A stretch of 64,000 nt of DNA, taken from the NCBI GenBank assembly GCA_963663475.2, contig CAXXJV010000001.1:512001-576000 (forward strand). Direction: 5' to 3'. Position 1 is the first letter of the stretch; every line of letters starts with the position of its first letter. Below the pieces are notes generated by a model. It had not been told where the DNA came from. It saw only the letters and a program-made list of their open reading frames with translations, and ran no database searches. Position numbers and translations under genes: made by a program. Origin of the DNA: Candidatus Cloacimonadales bacterium. Its GTDB lineage: Bacteria; Cloacimonadota; Cloacimonadia; Cloacimonadales; JAFGVF01. Below, in pieces: positions 29,758 through 42,367 of the stretch.

Positions 29758-31794
29758 ATGAGAAAACTTTTACCTATGGCAGTGCTAGTAATATCTTTAG
29801 TATTATTACTTGTAGGCTGTTCAGTGTTTAAGACAGATGGAGGAGATAAATCTCAAGCTGAGATATATGTTAAGTTTGACGGAGGAAGCATTACTAAAGG
29901 TGATTTCACCAAGTTCATAACAAGCCTTCCTAACGAACAACAAGAAGCTTTAAATATGGCAGGTCAACAAGTTAAGTTATTAAATTCAATGGCTAATGAA
30001 GAAGCTTTTTATGCTAAAGCAAAAGACCTAGGATACGATAAAGATCCTGAAGTAATCTCCTTGATTGAATCAAGACTTAAACCTTTTTATATTCAAGAAT
30101 TCTACGCATTAAATATCAAAGATAAGGCAAGTGTAAGTGATAATGAGGTAAAGAAGTATTACGATGAAAACCCAGATTTCTTCACAGAGCCAGCAAAGGC
30201 TACGATTAGATATATTCAAGCTAAGGATATGGATTCAGCCCAGGATATCATGAAAGATCTTACTGAGAAAGAATTACAGTTTAGTGTAGTTTCAAGTGTT
30301 AAATCAATCAACACTTATGCTAAGGGTAATGATGGTATTATCAGAGAAGTCACCAACGATGGTTACATCCAAGGTATAGGTTATGATGCTCTTTTAGATT
30401 CTCTAATTTTTTCTCTACCTGTAGATGAAGATGAGATATATGGTCCTTACCAATCAGAAACTGGTATTCATATTTTCACTATCTTGAACAGACAAGATGC
30501 TTACGTTAAGCCATTCGAGGAAGTCAAAGATTTAGCTAATTCTAGAGCTCTTGCTCTTAAACAAAAAGCTATTAGTGACCAGTTAATTGAAAAGGTTAAA
30601 GAAGACAAGAATATTAAAGTTGCTAATGAAGTTCTGGAAAAAATTGACTTTGTTGACACATCAAATAACAGCCAAGAAATCCTTGATAAAGCTGTTTTAA
30701 CAAGTAAAATTGATGAATTCTCTTGGACTGCTAAAGACCTTATAGACAACTATAATTCTATTAATAAGAATGAAAGAATGTTTATTGCTCAGAATTCTCC
30801 TCAAGAAATTTTAGACCACCTCTTATCAAAAGAAGTCTATTATTATCAGCTTAAGAAAGATGGACTTGATAAAGAGTTGAATAAGACTGACAAGTTCAAT
30901 CGTAACATCAGAAACATAATCCTATCCTATACTTATCAAAAGCTTGTGGTTGATAAAGTTAACATCACTGATGAGATGGTTGAAGACTACTATAATGCTA
31001 ACAAACTTGAATTTTCTAAACCTGCTTACCGTAATATAGAGTTATTGGTCTTCGAAAATACTGATAATGCTGAAGATGCACGCTTGCAGTACATATCTGC
31101 TGTTAATAATGAGGACACAGCAGAAATTGAAAGAATTATGAATGAATATGCTAGCAATGATTTCGATAAGAGATTGATAAACAATGTATATAGCAATGGC
31201 ATTGTCCCAGGTTATGGTAAAGATACTATCCTTAACACTGCTATCTGGAATCTACCTGTAAACGAAGTAAGCGATATATTGACTCTTAAAAAGGATGATC
31301 AAGCTGCGATTTTTAGAGTTGTCCATGAAGAAGCTATTCAATATAAGCCACTTAATCATGTTGAGCCACAGATAGAAGGCAAACTTAAACGTGCTGAATC
31401 TGCCCAGCTTTTTGAAAGCCTCTTAGAAGAATTTAAAGATGAATTTAACTTTGAAATCTATGAGGATAAATTAAGACCTACACTCACTGCTGAAGAGCTT
31501 TTCGAACTTGCGGAAAGACAAGCTAAAGTGGGTAAGTATAATGATACTGTCCTTTATTATGACCAAATCATTTCTGCCTTCCCTAATGGTAAAGATGACT
31601 ATAAGGCTATGTTTATGAAAGGATTTACTCAATCAGAATACATGAATGATAAGCAATCTGCTATCCAAACATTTTCAAAGTTCTTACAAAAGTACCCTGA
31701 AGGTGAACTCAATGCTGATGCCCAGGTTATGTTAGACATCTTAACTGGAAAAACATCAATTGAAATACCTGATGACCTAGAACTTCAAGACTAA
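29758..31794 (+). CDS. Lipoprotein with two parvulin-type PPIase/PrsA modules and C-terminal TPR
   Basis: Lipobox LVGC; VKKYYDENPDFF and VEDYYNANKLEF duplicated; GPYQSETGIHI; C-terminal FLQKYPEG TPR. Confidence 0.8.
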   Translation: MRKLLPMAVLVISLVLLLVGCSVFKTDGGDKSQAEIYVKFDGGSITKGDFTKFITSLPNEQQEALNMAGQQVKLLNSMANEEAFYAKAKDLGYDKDPEVISLIESRLKPFYIQEFYALNIKDKASVSDNEVKKYYDENPDFFTEPAKATIRYIQAKDMDSAQDIMKDLTEKELQFSVVSSVKSINTYAKGNDGIIREVTNDGYIQGIGYDALLDSLIFSLPVDEDEIYGPYQSETGIHIFTILNRQDAYVKPFEEVKDLANSRALALKQKAISDQLIEKVKEDKNIKVANEVLEKIDFVDTSNNSQEILDKAVLTSKIDEFSWTAKDLIDNYNSINKNERMFIAQNSPQEILDHLLSKEVYYYQLKKDGLDKELNKTDKFNRNIRNIILSYTYQKLVVDKVNITDEMVEDYYNANKLEFSKPAYRNIELLVFENTDNAEDARLQYISAVNNEDTAEIERIMNEYASNDFDKRLINNVYSNGIVPGYGKDTILNTAIWNLPVNEVSDILTLKKDDQAAIFRVVHEEAIQYKPLNHVEPQIEGKLKRAESAQLFESLLEEFKDEFNFEIYEDKLRPTLTAEELFELAERQAKVGKYNDTVLYYDQIISAFPNGKDDYKAMFMKGFTQSEYMNDKQSAIQTFSKFLQKYPEGELNADAQVMLDILTGKTSIEIPDDLELQD

Positions 31795-31808
31795 TTTATA
31801 AAGCTCAC

Positions 31809-31837
31809 AAGGACAGGCCTCTTGCCTGTCCTTTTTT
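31809..31837 (+). terminator. Intrinsic terminator
   Basis: aaggacaggc-ctctt-gcctgtcctt followed by T-run. Confidence 0.85.
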
Positions 31838-32011
31838 AATCCAGATAGTCTAGTAGCTTTATCTTCAAAATCTAAGCCTATAAAAATAAATGTTTTTTTT
31901 ACAGATAAGTAGCCTTATAGAATTTTATATATAGCATTATTGAGCTTAAGCATCCTGACAAAATACCATATATATTAAGGCTTCTACACCCTGACTTAAC
32001 TAAGAATTTTC

Positions 32012-32039
32012 TTGACAGATTTACCATTTATGATATAAT
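32012..32039 (+). promoter_or_regulatory. Consensus sigma70 promoter of the fusA paralogue
   Basis: TTGACA-16 nt-TATAAT with extended TG. Confidence 0.75.
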
Positions 32040-32069
32040 AATTTCTAAACTTTTTTAAAGGATAATCTT

Positions 32070-34163
32070 ATGGCAACAACAGAATTAGATAAAATTAGAA
32101 ATATTGGTATCATGGCACACATTGATGCAGGTAAGACTACGACTACCGAAAGAATCCTCTTTTATACAGGAAATATTCATAGAATGGGAGAAGTTCATGA
32201 TGGTAACACTACCATGGACTGGATGGAGCAGGAGAAAGAGCGAGGTATAACAATTACCTCAGCAACAACTGTTTGCCACTGGAGAGATCATCAGATAAAC
32301 ATCATTGACACTCCAGGTCATGTTGACTTCACAGCTGAAGTGGAACGTTCCTTAAGAGTTCTTGACGGAGCAGTTGCTGTCTTCTGTGCTGTGGGAGGAG
32401 TCGAACCTCAATCAGAAACAGTTTGGCATCAAGCTGACAAATATAAAGTACCTAGAATAGCCTTTATAAACAAGATGGATAGAAGTGGTGCCGACTTCGA
32501 AAATGTTGTTGAAATGATTCAAAAAAGATTATCAGATAGAGCCTTACCTATCCAACTTCCTATTGGAAGTGAAGATTGCTTTAAAGGAGTTATAGATTTA
32601 ATCAGTATGAAGGCAATCTATTTCGATCCTACTTCCCTAGGAGCGAATATTGAAACTAAAGATATCCCAGAGGATTTAATTGCTGATGCTGAAATGCACC
32701 AAGAAGCCTTAATAGATTTTATCGCTGAATTCGATGAAGAACTTATGGAAAAATACTTGGAAGGTGAAAGCTTAACTACTTGTGAAATTAATTCTCTTGT
32801 CAGAAAAGGGGTAACATCAAATAACTTTATCCCTGTTCTCTGTGGATCTTCCTTAAAAAATAAAGGTGTTCAACCTCTTTTAAACGCCATTGTTGACTAT
32901 TTACCATCTCCTTTAGACGTTCCGCCTTTAATTGCTACTACAGCAGATGGACTTAAAGAAGAAATTGTTCATCCTAAGCTAGATTCTAAGTTTTCGGGTT
33001 ATGCTTTCAAGGTAGTTACTGACAAATTCTCAGGAAAACTTGTGTATATAAGAGTTTATTCAGGAACTTTAAAAAAGGGTGACCAATTCATCAATGTTAA
33101 TAATGGAAAGAAAGAAAGAGCTGGTAGAATTCTTCAGATGTATTCTAACCGTAAACAAGATGTTGATGAACTTCATGCAGGAGATATAGGTGCAGTTTTG
33201 GGAACTAAGTTTACTATGACTGGTGAAACAATAGCAGATAAGACTTATAATGTCCTTCTTGCTAAAATGGATTTCCCTGATACTGTTATCTCTATTGCTA
33301 TCGAAGCTAAATCAAAATCCGATGAAGCTAGTCTTAAAGATGCTTTGATTAAATTCCAAGAAGAAGACCCTACTATCAAAGTTAGAGAAGATAAAGATAC
33401 TGGTCAGACACTTATTTCTGGAATGGGAGAACTCCATTTAGAAATCATCGTTGACAGGTTATTTAGAGAGTTCAATGTTAATGCCAATGTTGGTGACCCT
33501 CAAGTTGCCTACAAAGAAACTATTACTGCAGCCAACTCTGCTAGTGAAGAATTCGACAGAATGCTGGGAGATAAACGTTGCTATGCTAAAGTTAAAGTTA
33601 GAATCTCTCCAATGAGTGCAGAAGAAATCTCTTCTAAACAAAAAAATATCTATGAATATAAAGCTAAAGGTGACCTACCGCTCAACTTCAGACACGCTAT
33701 TGAAGAATCTGCCCTTAATGCCCTCAATGACGGCCCTATTTTCTCTGCTAACCTTGAAAGAGTCAGGGTTGAAATTCTAGAAGCAGAAACACTTCCTGAG
33801 GAATCTAATGACACTGGATTCAGAATTGCTACCTCTATGGCTGTTTCAAGAGCTGTAAGAGAGACTAATAGTGCCCTCTTAGAACCAATAATGCTAGTGA
33901 CAGTAATTACTCCAGAAGAAAATGTGGGTGATATTATTGCTGATATTAATAGCAAAAGAGGCAAAATAGAAGAAATTAGAAGTCAAAACAATAATAAACA
34001 AGAAATTCTTTCCAAAGTACCTATGAGAGAACTCTTTGGTTATTCTACTACTATCAGGTCTATCAGCTCAGGAAGAGCAATCTATACCATGGAATATGAT
34101 AGCTACCAAATTGTTCCTAACAATATTAAGGAAGAAATTATTAAAAAAATTAGAGGATATTAA
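32070..34163 (+). CDS. fusA: Elongation factor G paralogue (stand-alone)
   Basis: [27 protein letters not shown]; not in an rpsL-rpsG-tuf context. Confidence 0.9.
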   Translation: MATTELDKIRNIGIMAHIDAGKTTTTERILFYTGNIHRMGEVHDGNTTMDWMEQEKERGITITSATTVCHWRDHQINIIDTPGHVDFTAEVERSLRVLDGAVAVFCAVGGVEPQSETVWHQADKYKVPRIAFINKMDRSGADFENVVEMIQKRLSDRALPIQLPIGSEDCFKGVIDLISMKAIYFDPTSLGANIETKDIPEDLIADAEMHQEALIDFIAEFDEELMEKYLEGESLTTCEINSLVRKGVTSNNFIPVLCGSSLKNKGVQPLLNAIVDYLPSPLDVPPLIATTADGLKEEIVHPKLDSKFSGYAFKVVTDKFSGKLVYIRVYSGTLKKGDQFINVNNGKKERAGRILQMYSNRKQDVDELHAGDIGAVLGTKFTMTGETIADKTYNVLLAKMDFPDTVISIAIEAKSKSDEASLKDALIKFQEEDPTIKVREDKDTGQTLISGMGELHLEIIVDRLFREFNVNANVGDPQVAYKETITAANSASEEFDRMLGDKRCYAKVKVRISPMSAEEISSKQKNIYEYKAKGDLPLNFRHAIEESALNALNDGPIFSANLERVRVEILEAETLPEESNDTGFRIATSMAVSRAVRETNSALLEPIMLVTVITPEENVGDIIADINSKRGKIEEIRSQNNNKQEILSKVPMRELFGYSTTIRSISSGRAIYTMEYDSYQIVPNNIKEEIIKKIRGY

Positions 34164-34183
34164 TTCTCAAGTCTTATAATTTA

Positions 34184-34349
34184 ACCCAAATGGTGCAATA
34201 GAGCTTTAGAGAAGAGTGCAAATTCTTTTAGCAAAAAATAACTTGCAGAATTTTGACGTATATAATATATATATTTGGAAGAATTATGTAAGTTATTTTT
34301 TGCAAAAGAATATTCTGCTATTCTCAAAAATCTATTGCATTATTTGGGA
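34184..34349 (+). mobile_element. MITE-B, about 165 bp with imperfect terminal inverted repeats
   Basis: acccaaatggtgcaataga ... tctattgcattatttggga; homologous over its full length to 60696-60859. Confidence 0.78.
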
Positions 34350-34357
34350 TAATACAT

Positions 34358-34548
34358 TATTTATCCTTTTATTAAACCCTTACAGGGTAATATCTTTGGG
34401 TTGCCATCATTACCCAGGGGTGCGATACTTTCAGCATCTTACCCTGGGCTAAATTATTTTATCCCTTTCAGGGATTTTTGATGAATCAATATAGTAATGA
34501 AATATTCTCATTTTCCTATATTATTCCCACCAGACTTGAACTTGAGCC
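34358..34548 (-). mobile_element. MITE-A half copy
   Basis: Near-identical to 48275-48465, ending cccaccagacttgaacttgagcc. Confidence 0.85.
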
Positions 34549-34577
34549 TTTTTTTATATTCAGTCACTGCCTAGAAG

Positions 34578-34654
34578 ATCCTTATACCTTCCTTTACAGT
34601 CTTTCGATGAAAAGCGGACTTTCATCGAAAGACTGTAAAGGAAGGAATAAGGAT
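34578..34654. repeat. Second copy of the long palindrome (35-bp arms, 1 mismatch, 7-nt loop)
   Basis: Matches 15002-15082 except for the loop (agcggac) and one stem base. Confidence 0.92.
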
Positions 34655-34930
34655 GAAATAAGCAATAATAATATTATTTGGTGAAAAAATTTATAAAATG
34701 AGCCAACTTTTTAGTTATAAGCAAGAAGCTTCCATCATTAACAAAAAACTTTTAGCTAAGGCCAAAATGTTTCCATTTTCCTAAAAAAAATATGCGGAAA
34801 AGAAAAGTGGCTTGTTAACCAAAGAGTTTCCGAAAAGAGCTAAAGCAAATCTTGCTAATTTTACTTGACAGTTTATATTTTAGTTAAATAGTGAGTTAAA
34901 TAAAAAATAAAAACCACATCGGGAGGATGT

Positions 34931-36929
<1,999 letters not shown>

Positions 36930-36954
36930 AGCTAAGCTAAGATATTAATAATTT

Positions 36955-36981
36955 AGGAGTCTGAAAACAGACTCCTTTTTT
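36955..36981 (+). terminator. Intrinsic terminator after gap
   Basis: aggagtctg-aaaa-cagactcct followed by T-run. Confidence 0.85.
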
Positions 36982-37041
36982 AATATTAAACCCGATAGTG
37001 CATTAGAACTTTGCGAATAGCCTATATTCTTCTGTAAAAGT

Positions 37042-37275
37042 CTACTTCTCTCTTTGGTCTAAAGCAGACTGACGAATTTCACATTTGAAGCAGTGAACAA
37101 AGAAAATCTTCTCGGGAGACCTGCATCCTGAGCAATTGAAATCTTCTTTTTTTAGAGGGTTTTCTTTAGTTGAATACTTTTCCATCAGCTCTTGTCTAAG
37201 TTTATCATCATCATTCTTCCAGGCCTTATAAGTAGGGCATTTAGAACAATCAAAACCACAAAAACCTTTAAGCAT
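37042..37275 (-). CDS. Small Cys-rich protein (DUF3795-like)
   Basis: CGFDCSKCP, CSGCRS, HCFKCEIR. Confidence 0.7.
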   Translation of the reverse strand: MLKGFCGFDCSKCPTYKAWKNDDDKLRQELMEKYSTKENPLKKEDFNCSGCRSPEKIFFVHCFKCEIRQSALDQREK

Positions 37276-37276
37276 T

Positions 37277-37549
37277 TTAATCCTGTTTCTTCATTTTGTT
37301 AGCTTGCTCCTGGCTAGCTAATTCTTGTTGTAACATATTATTTTTTCTTTTTAGTTCACTTATAATACTGCCCCTTTGTCTATTAACCCAAAGTATAGCA
37401 ATATTAGAAACCAGGAGTAGGATTAGGGAGATAAACATAACAGCAATTTCAAGCCAACCTAAATCAGTAGCTGATTTGTAGATGTTGAAAAATGCTAAAC
37501 CGCTAAGGGAAGTTAGTACTAAATTAATAACAGCAAATAAATATAACAT
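37277..37549 (-). CDS. Hypothetical 2-TM membrane protein with coiled-coil tail
   Basis: Translationally coupled in the operon; two hydrophobic segments. Confidence 0.6.
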   Translation of the reverse strand: MLYLFAVINLVLTSLSGLAFFNIYKSATDLGWLEIAVMFISLILLLVSNIAILWVNRQRGSIISELKRKNNMLQQELASQEQANKMKKQD

Positions 37550-38352
37550 TAATTTTCTCCTTTGATGAAGATATATTTCTTCAAGACGTCAAATTTATTA
37601 AAAGATACTTTCTTTAGGAATAATATAACAAGAAATATGGAAAATGCCATAGTTGAAAAGATAGCAATCATTATGGCAATTTGGTATTTAATAGCAGTCA
37701 TTGGAACAGAACCACCCAGAATTTGACCAGTCATCATGCCTGGTAAAGATACTAGACCGATAGTAGCTATTGATGCTAGAGTAGGTCGTAGAGAACGTTT
37801 TATACTTTCTCTAACAACTGGCCTCAAGGCCTCTTGTCTGCTTGCTCCAAGTGAAAGTGTAAAGAAGTATTCCTTTTCTCGATTTTTAAAATAATCAAAG
37901 AAAGTATTTGTCGCAATTATATTACCCTTGAGAGAGTTACCTAGCAACATACCTGAGATGGGAATGAGATATTTGGCATTAAAGATATCAGATATATTGA
38001 CGATAAAATAATTGAAATAGGCAATATTAAGGAATAAAGAAATTGCTAATGCTCCCATTATTGGGAGAAAGAAAAGTCTTTTACATACACTATTAGATTT
38101 GATAATACTAAATGTAGAGACCAGTATCATTACGAATAACCAAGCTAAATTTAGCCATAAATTATCCCATTTAAATATGTATTTTAAATATATTCCGACA
38201 AGTCCTAGCTGTAGGGACATTCTGACCACACTAAGCAAGGTCTCTTTTACTAACTTAATTTTCATATAATATATTATAGCTAGAGGTAGCAGTAAAAGAA
38301 GATAAGCAAAGGCCATTGATGTTAGATTTAAATCTCTTGCACCCATTACCAC
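37549..38352 (-). CDS. fetB: ABC transporter permease, FetB/YbbM (UPF0014) family
   Basis: RMSLQL..VG, IPISGMLLGNS, GLVSLPGMMTGQILGG..P..AIKYQI. Confidence 0.85.
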   Translation of the reverse strand: MVMGARDLNLTSMAFAYLLLLLPLAIIYYMKIKLVKETLLSVVRMSLQLGLVGIYLKYIFKWDNLWLNLAWLFVMILVSTFSIIKSNSVCKRLFFLPIMGALAISLFLNIAYFNYFIVNISDIFNAKYLIPISGMLLGNSLKGNIIATNTFFDYFKNREKEYFFTLSLGASRQEALRPVVRESIKRSLRPTLASIATIGLVSLPGMMTGQILGGSVPMTAIKYQIAIMIAIFSTMAFSIFLVILFLKKVSFNKFDVLKKYIFIKGEN

Positions 38353-38957
38353 TCCACTTTTCTGATAGCTTGTTTATGCCAGATTTCATCATGTGAAACC
38401 ACAATGATTGTTTGTTGCATCTTCATAAAATACTGGACTATAAAGTTCTTCAACTCACTATTTAAGGCTGAAGTAATTTCATCTAAAAGAAAGATTTCTC
38501 TGTTTAATAATTGCATAATTATGATAGCAACCCTCTGTCTTTCGCCACCTGAAAGAGAGTCTGTAGATTGTTCTAGTGTTTCAGGAGGAAGTTTCAAGTC
38601 TTCCAACATGTTAATTAATTCAACTTTATCATATTTTACCTTTTGGTTAGATTGGTAGTTTAAAACACTTTTTATAAACTCTTCTACTTGCATTTTAGGG
38701 ATATGAATCTCTTGAGGTAAATAGGCAATCAGCTGTCTTAGTTCTTTAACACTATCTGAAGTTAATTCTTGGTTATTAATAAAAACTCTGCCAGCATCAG
38801 GTTTAACAAAACCCATAATAATCTTAAGCAGGGTTGATTTCCCCTTGCCTGAAGGAGCTGCCAACAAAAGCTTCTCTCCCTTAGAGATCTTTAGAGAGAA
38901 GTTATTAAAAACTTCTCTCTTTGAAAAATTTAATGATATTCCTTGAAGATTAATCAT
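38346..38957 (-). CDS. fetA: ABC transporter ATPase, FetA/YbbL-like
   Basis: APSGKGKST, LSGGERQR, LLDEITSAL, VSHD; coupled to fetB. Confidence 0.8.
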   Translation of the reverse strand: MINLQGISLNFSKREVFNNFSLKISKGEKLLLAAPSGKGKSTLLKIIMGFVKPDAGRVFINNQELTSDSVKELRQLIAYLPQEIHIPKMQVEEFIKSVLNYQSNQKVKYDKVELINMLEDLKLPPETLEQSTDSLSGGERQRVAIIIMQLLNREIFLLDEITSALNSELKNFIVQYFMKMQQTIIVVSHDEIWHKQAIRKVEW

Positions 38958-38972
38958 TATACCTCTTTAGTA

Positions 38973-41900
38973 TTAGCTTTCATAGTGGAATAAATCTTTA
39001 ATTTGTTCGACTGACATTGATTTTAAAATATTATCATTATTTTCGATGATTTGTTCAAATAATTCTTTCTTAGAGTTTTGCAGTGAAATTATCTTTTCTT
39101 CTACAGTTCCTTTAGAGATAAGCTTATAGACTTGCACTTTCTTTGTTTGTCCTATTCTATGGGCTCTATCAATAGCTTGGTTTTCAATCATAGGATTCCA
39201 CCAAGGATCTGTTAGAATAACTGTATCAGCAGCAGTGAGGTTTAATCCATAACCTCCTGTTTTCAAGCTTATAAGGAAAACCTTGATTTTGGTATTATTA
39301 TTGAAATTCTCAATATGTTGCTGTCTATCTTTCGTTTTACCATCTAAATATTCATAAGGGATAGCATGTTTTTCCAACATCTTTTTAACAATTTGTAGCA
39401 TTCCTATGAACTGACTGAAGACTAATATCTTGCGGTCAGAATCAATTGCATCAAGTATTAATTCCTGGAGTAACTCAACCTTACTAGATATTTCAAAATC
39501 ACTCTTGATAGATTTCTCCACTAAACTAGGGTGGTCACAGATTTGCCTAAGCTTCATAAGAGCAGTTAAAATATTAATATAATTTATTTTTTCATCTTGA
39601 TTTGGATTGAAGTAAGATTTATTAATCTTTTCAATAAGTTGCATATAAACCTTTTCTTGAACTGGTGATAGTTTGCAAAAGGCTATTTGCTCTTGTTTAT
39701 TTGGCAATTCTAAAAGTACATCAGACTTCTTTCTTCTCAAAATAAAGGGTGATATCATCTTATTAAGATCTTCTCTTTTATCACTATTCTCAGTACCAGA
39801 AAATGTTCTAACAAATCTCTGTTTACTCATCAAATAATTCGGTAATAAGAAATCAAATAGTGACCATATTTCAGATATATCATTCTCCAGCGGAGTACCT
39901 GTTAAAGCTATTCTATGCTGAGATTTTAATTTTTTAATAGCCTTTGTCCTTAAAGCTGTTACATTCTTGATATGTTGGGCTTCATCAAGAACTACATAGT
40001 AAAAGTTTCTTTCTCCTAAAAACTCTATATCATTCTGAATTATTGAATAAGAGGCTATCAAAATATCAAAATTTACCTTTTCTAACATTTCTAATCTTTC
40101 CTGCTTGTTACCCTCATAGATAATAAAAGACTTATCAAGTTTAAATTTTTTAAACTCAGCTGCCCAGTTATAGATTAGAGTTTTAGGACAGATTATGATG
40201 CTCTTCTGCCCTTGAGGAACTTCAGCTAAGACAGATATTGCTTGAATAGTCTTGCCTAAGCCCATTTCATCAGCTAGAATTCCGTTTAATTGGTAATGTT
40301 CCAACATCTTCAACCATTTATAACCAGATCTTTGATAAGACCTCATTATGTGGTTAATAAAGAAGGGTACTTCAGGTGAGTTTTTAAGCTTTCCCTGAAT
40401 CAAGTCTTGAGACATTGAATCAATATACTTATCTCCATATAGCTTAATAGCAGGATTGTCATTAACTAATTTGAAAAAGTATGGTATATTCTGATAACTC
40501 ATTGAATAAACTTTATCTTTGGTATGATCAGATTTATTAAGCAAGTTTTCCATTTGATTAAAAACTTCTTTGTTCTCAAAGAAAATTAACCTACCATCAG
40601 CTAAAGTCATAAACTTCTGATTAGAGTTAAAGAACTTTTTTAATTCTTTATGAGTAAAAGAAAAATCTTTGTACTTATAAGTTACTTCATAATTAAACCA
40701 GTTTATCTCATCTTTGGTCTTAGTCTTAATTTCAGCTTGCAGGTGAACCTTATAAACAAAGTCTTTTTTAAGGTCATCAGATAGTTTTATATTCCAATCT
40801 TCATTTGAGAGTTCAAAGATAGCTTTTTTTAGTAAATCTATACTCAAAGCACCTTCAAAATAGAGTTGGGAATCACTTTCCAATCTTTGATACTGAGGAT
40901 TTGGTAGTTTCTCTAAGAATTCAAATACTTCTTTAAAAACTAAAGGTGGTATATAAAACCAGGCCTTTGCCTCTTTTTCATATTCATAATTAATTAAGTT
41001 AGAATTTAATCTGATTAATGATAAGGGTAAGGATATAGAATCATTATAAATTAATGACCCATTCATAACAACTGCTTCATCTTCCTTGCTTAAATGGAAA
41101 TAAATCTTAGGTCTATTATCATAAATCTCTGGTAATTTAATGTCTTCATCGATATCTAAATAATAATTTGCTAGATTTAGCTGCTTAGCAACCACAGCAT
41201 GGTAATAAACAATGTCTTCTGGAGTTAGAATAATACCTGATTCTAGCATTTCTTTAAAAACATTACTCTTGAAAGGTAAATCTACTTTATAAAGTTCATT
41301 TCTTATGAAAATATAGATAGAGTTGAAATAGAATGAGGCTGACACTTCCTCTTCAAATTCTGCTTTGAGAATAGCCTTATTCTTTTCTAATTTATTAATT
41401 TTAAAGTGGATAGGTAAATTCTTATCTTGCCAAAGTATTTTATCACCTGTTTCAGCAATGAAGATTTTATCTTGCAGATATCTTAAATGAGGAAGAATGA
41501 GATTAAAGTCTTTCTTGTAAAAAGAAAAGAAGTTGTTTTTACTACTAAAAGAACATTTATACTGATTAAGAACTGCCAATAGAGTAAGCTCTTCTTCTCT
41601 GAATACCTGCATCTGTTTCTCAGCTCTTTGCAAGTCTCTTGTAGAAGCTTTTTTAACTTCTTTTTCAGCCTTAATATAAGAAATTATTCTAAGATCAAAT
41701 TCATCATAACCGTTAAAAGCTAGTCTTATCTTATCTGAATTGGGGTTAAATAATTCTGAAATTGTTATATAACTTTTAGCATAACGTGTTTGAAAATCTT
41801 CATCAAATTTCAAATCTGACCGATTATATACTTCAATAATATCTTCCTGGAGAATATCATCTGAGAGATACTTGTAAGCATAATCGACAACTGTTAAATA

Positions 41901-42158
41901 ATGATTACAAGACTTATCTAAGTCCTCAGAACAATAATGGTCTAGTATTGTAGCATTTTTAGCATCATACTTTATCCTTACTATACCTGGGAAAAACTTC
42001 TTTAGATAGTTTTGTGCGAAAAATATCAGGTTGTAGTTACCATTCTGATCAATACTCTTCCAAAACAAAATATCATCTTTTTCTGTCTTTATTACGTGGT
42101 CACGAAAATACCAAGAATTTGCATGAATATTATACTCTTTTCTGAATAATTTTGCCAT
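38973..42158 (-). CDS. SNF2-family helicase/translocase (SWIM-like N-terminus, SNF2-associated region)
   Basis: LADEMGLGKT, DEAQ, LTGTPLEN, LVFSQF, GLNLTAAD, QAIDRAHRIGQ. Confidence 0.92.
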   Translation of the reverse strand: MAKLFRKEYNIHANSWYFRDHVIKTEKDDILFWKSIDQNGNYNLIFFAQNYLKKFFPGIVRIKYDAKNATILDHYCSEDLDKSCNHYLTVVDYAYKYLSDDILQEDIIEVYNRSDLKFDEDFQTRYAKSYITISELFNPNSDKIRLAFNGYDEFDLRIISYIKAEKEVKKASTRDLQRAEKQMQVFREEELTLLAVLNQYKCSFSSKNNFFSFYKKDFNLILPHLRYLQDKIFIAETGDKILWQDKNLPIHFKINKLEKNKAILKAEFEEEVSASFYFNSIYIFIRNELYKVDLPFKSNVFKEMLESGIILTPEDIVYYHAVVAKQLNLANYYLDIDEDIKLPEIYDNRPKIYFHLSKEDEAVVMNGSLIYNDSISLPLSLIRLNSNLINYEYEKEAKAWFYIPPLVFKEVFEFLEKLPNPQYQRLESDSQLYFEGALSIDLLKKAIFELSNEDWNIKLSDDLKKDFVYKVHLQAEIKTKTKDEINWFNYEVTYKYKDFSFTHKELKKFFNSNQKFMTLADGRLIFFENKEVFNQMENLLNKSDHTKDKVYSMSYQNIPYFFKLVNDNPAIKLYGDKYIDSMSQDLIQGKLKNSPEVPFFINHIMRSYQRSGYKWLKMLEHYQLNGILADEMGLGKTIQAISVLAEVPQGQKSIIICPKTLIYNWAAEFKKFKLDKSFIIYEGNKQERLEMLEKVNFDILIASYSIIQNDIEFLGERNFYYVVLDEAQHIKNVTALRTKAIKKLKSQHRIALTGTPLENDISEIWSLFDFLLPNYLMSKQRFVRTFSGTENSDKREDLNKMISPFILRRKKSDVLLELPNKQEQIAFCKLSPVQEKVYMQLIEKINKSYFNPNQDEKINYINILTALMKLRQICDHPSLVEKSIKSDFEISSKVELLQELILDAIDSDRKILVFSQFIGMLQIVKKMLEKHAIPYEYLDGKTKDRQQHIENFNNNTKIKVFLISLKTGGYGLNLTAADTVILTDPWWNPMIENQAIDRAHRIGQTKKVQVYKLISKGTVEEKIISLQNSKKELFEQIIENNDNILKSMSVEQIKDLFHYES

Positions 42159-42341
42159 ATTTTTTTACCCCAACAGCAATTATAGAAAATCCGATTAATA
42201 TGTATAGTTATTTTTTTGAAATTATCAATTAAGAGATTACAACTATAATCTAAGCCTAGCGTTAGCTACTCTTCTATAGATCAAATTTATATTTGTTTTT
42301 TTATTTAATATTATTAGTTTACTAAAATTCTTAGAGAAAGG

Positions 42342-42367
42342 AAATAGGGGTTGTTTAACCCCTATTT
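42342..42367 (-). terminator. Hairpin overlapping the kamE stop codon
   Basis: aaataggggtt-gttt-aacccctattt. Confidence 0.6.

Noticed and set aside
38973-42158. SNF2 helicase as part of an anti-phage system (DISARM/Zorya-like)
   Set aside because: Neighbours are housekeeping genes; no methylase, nuclease or other defence partner is nearby
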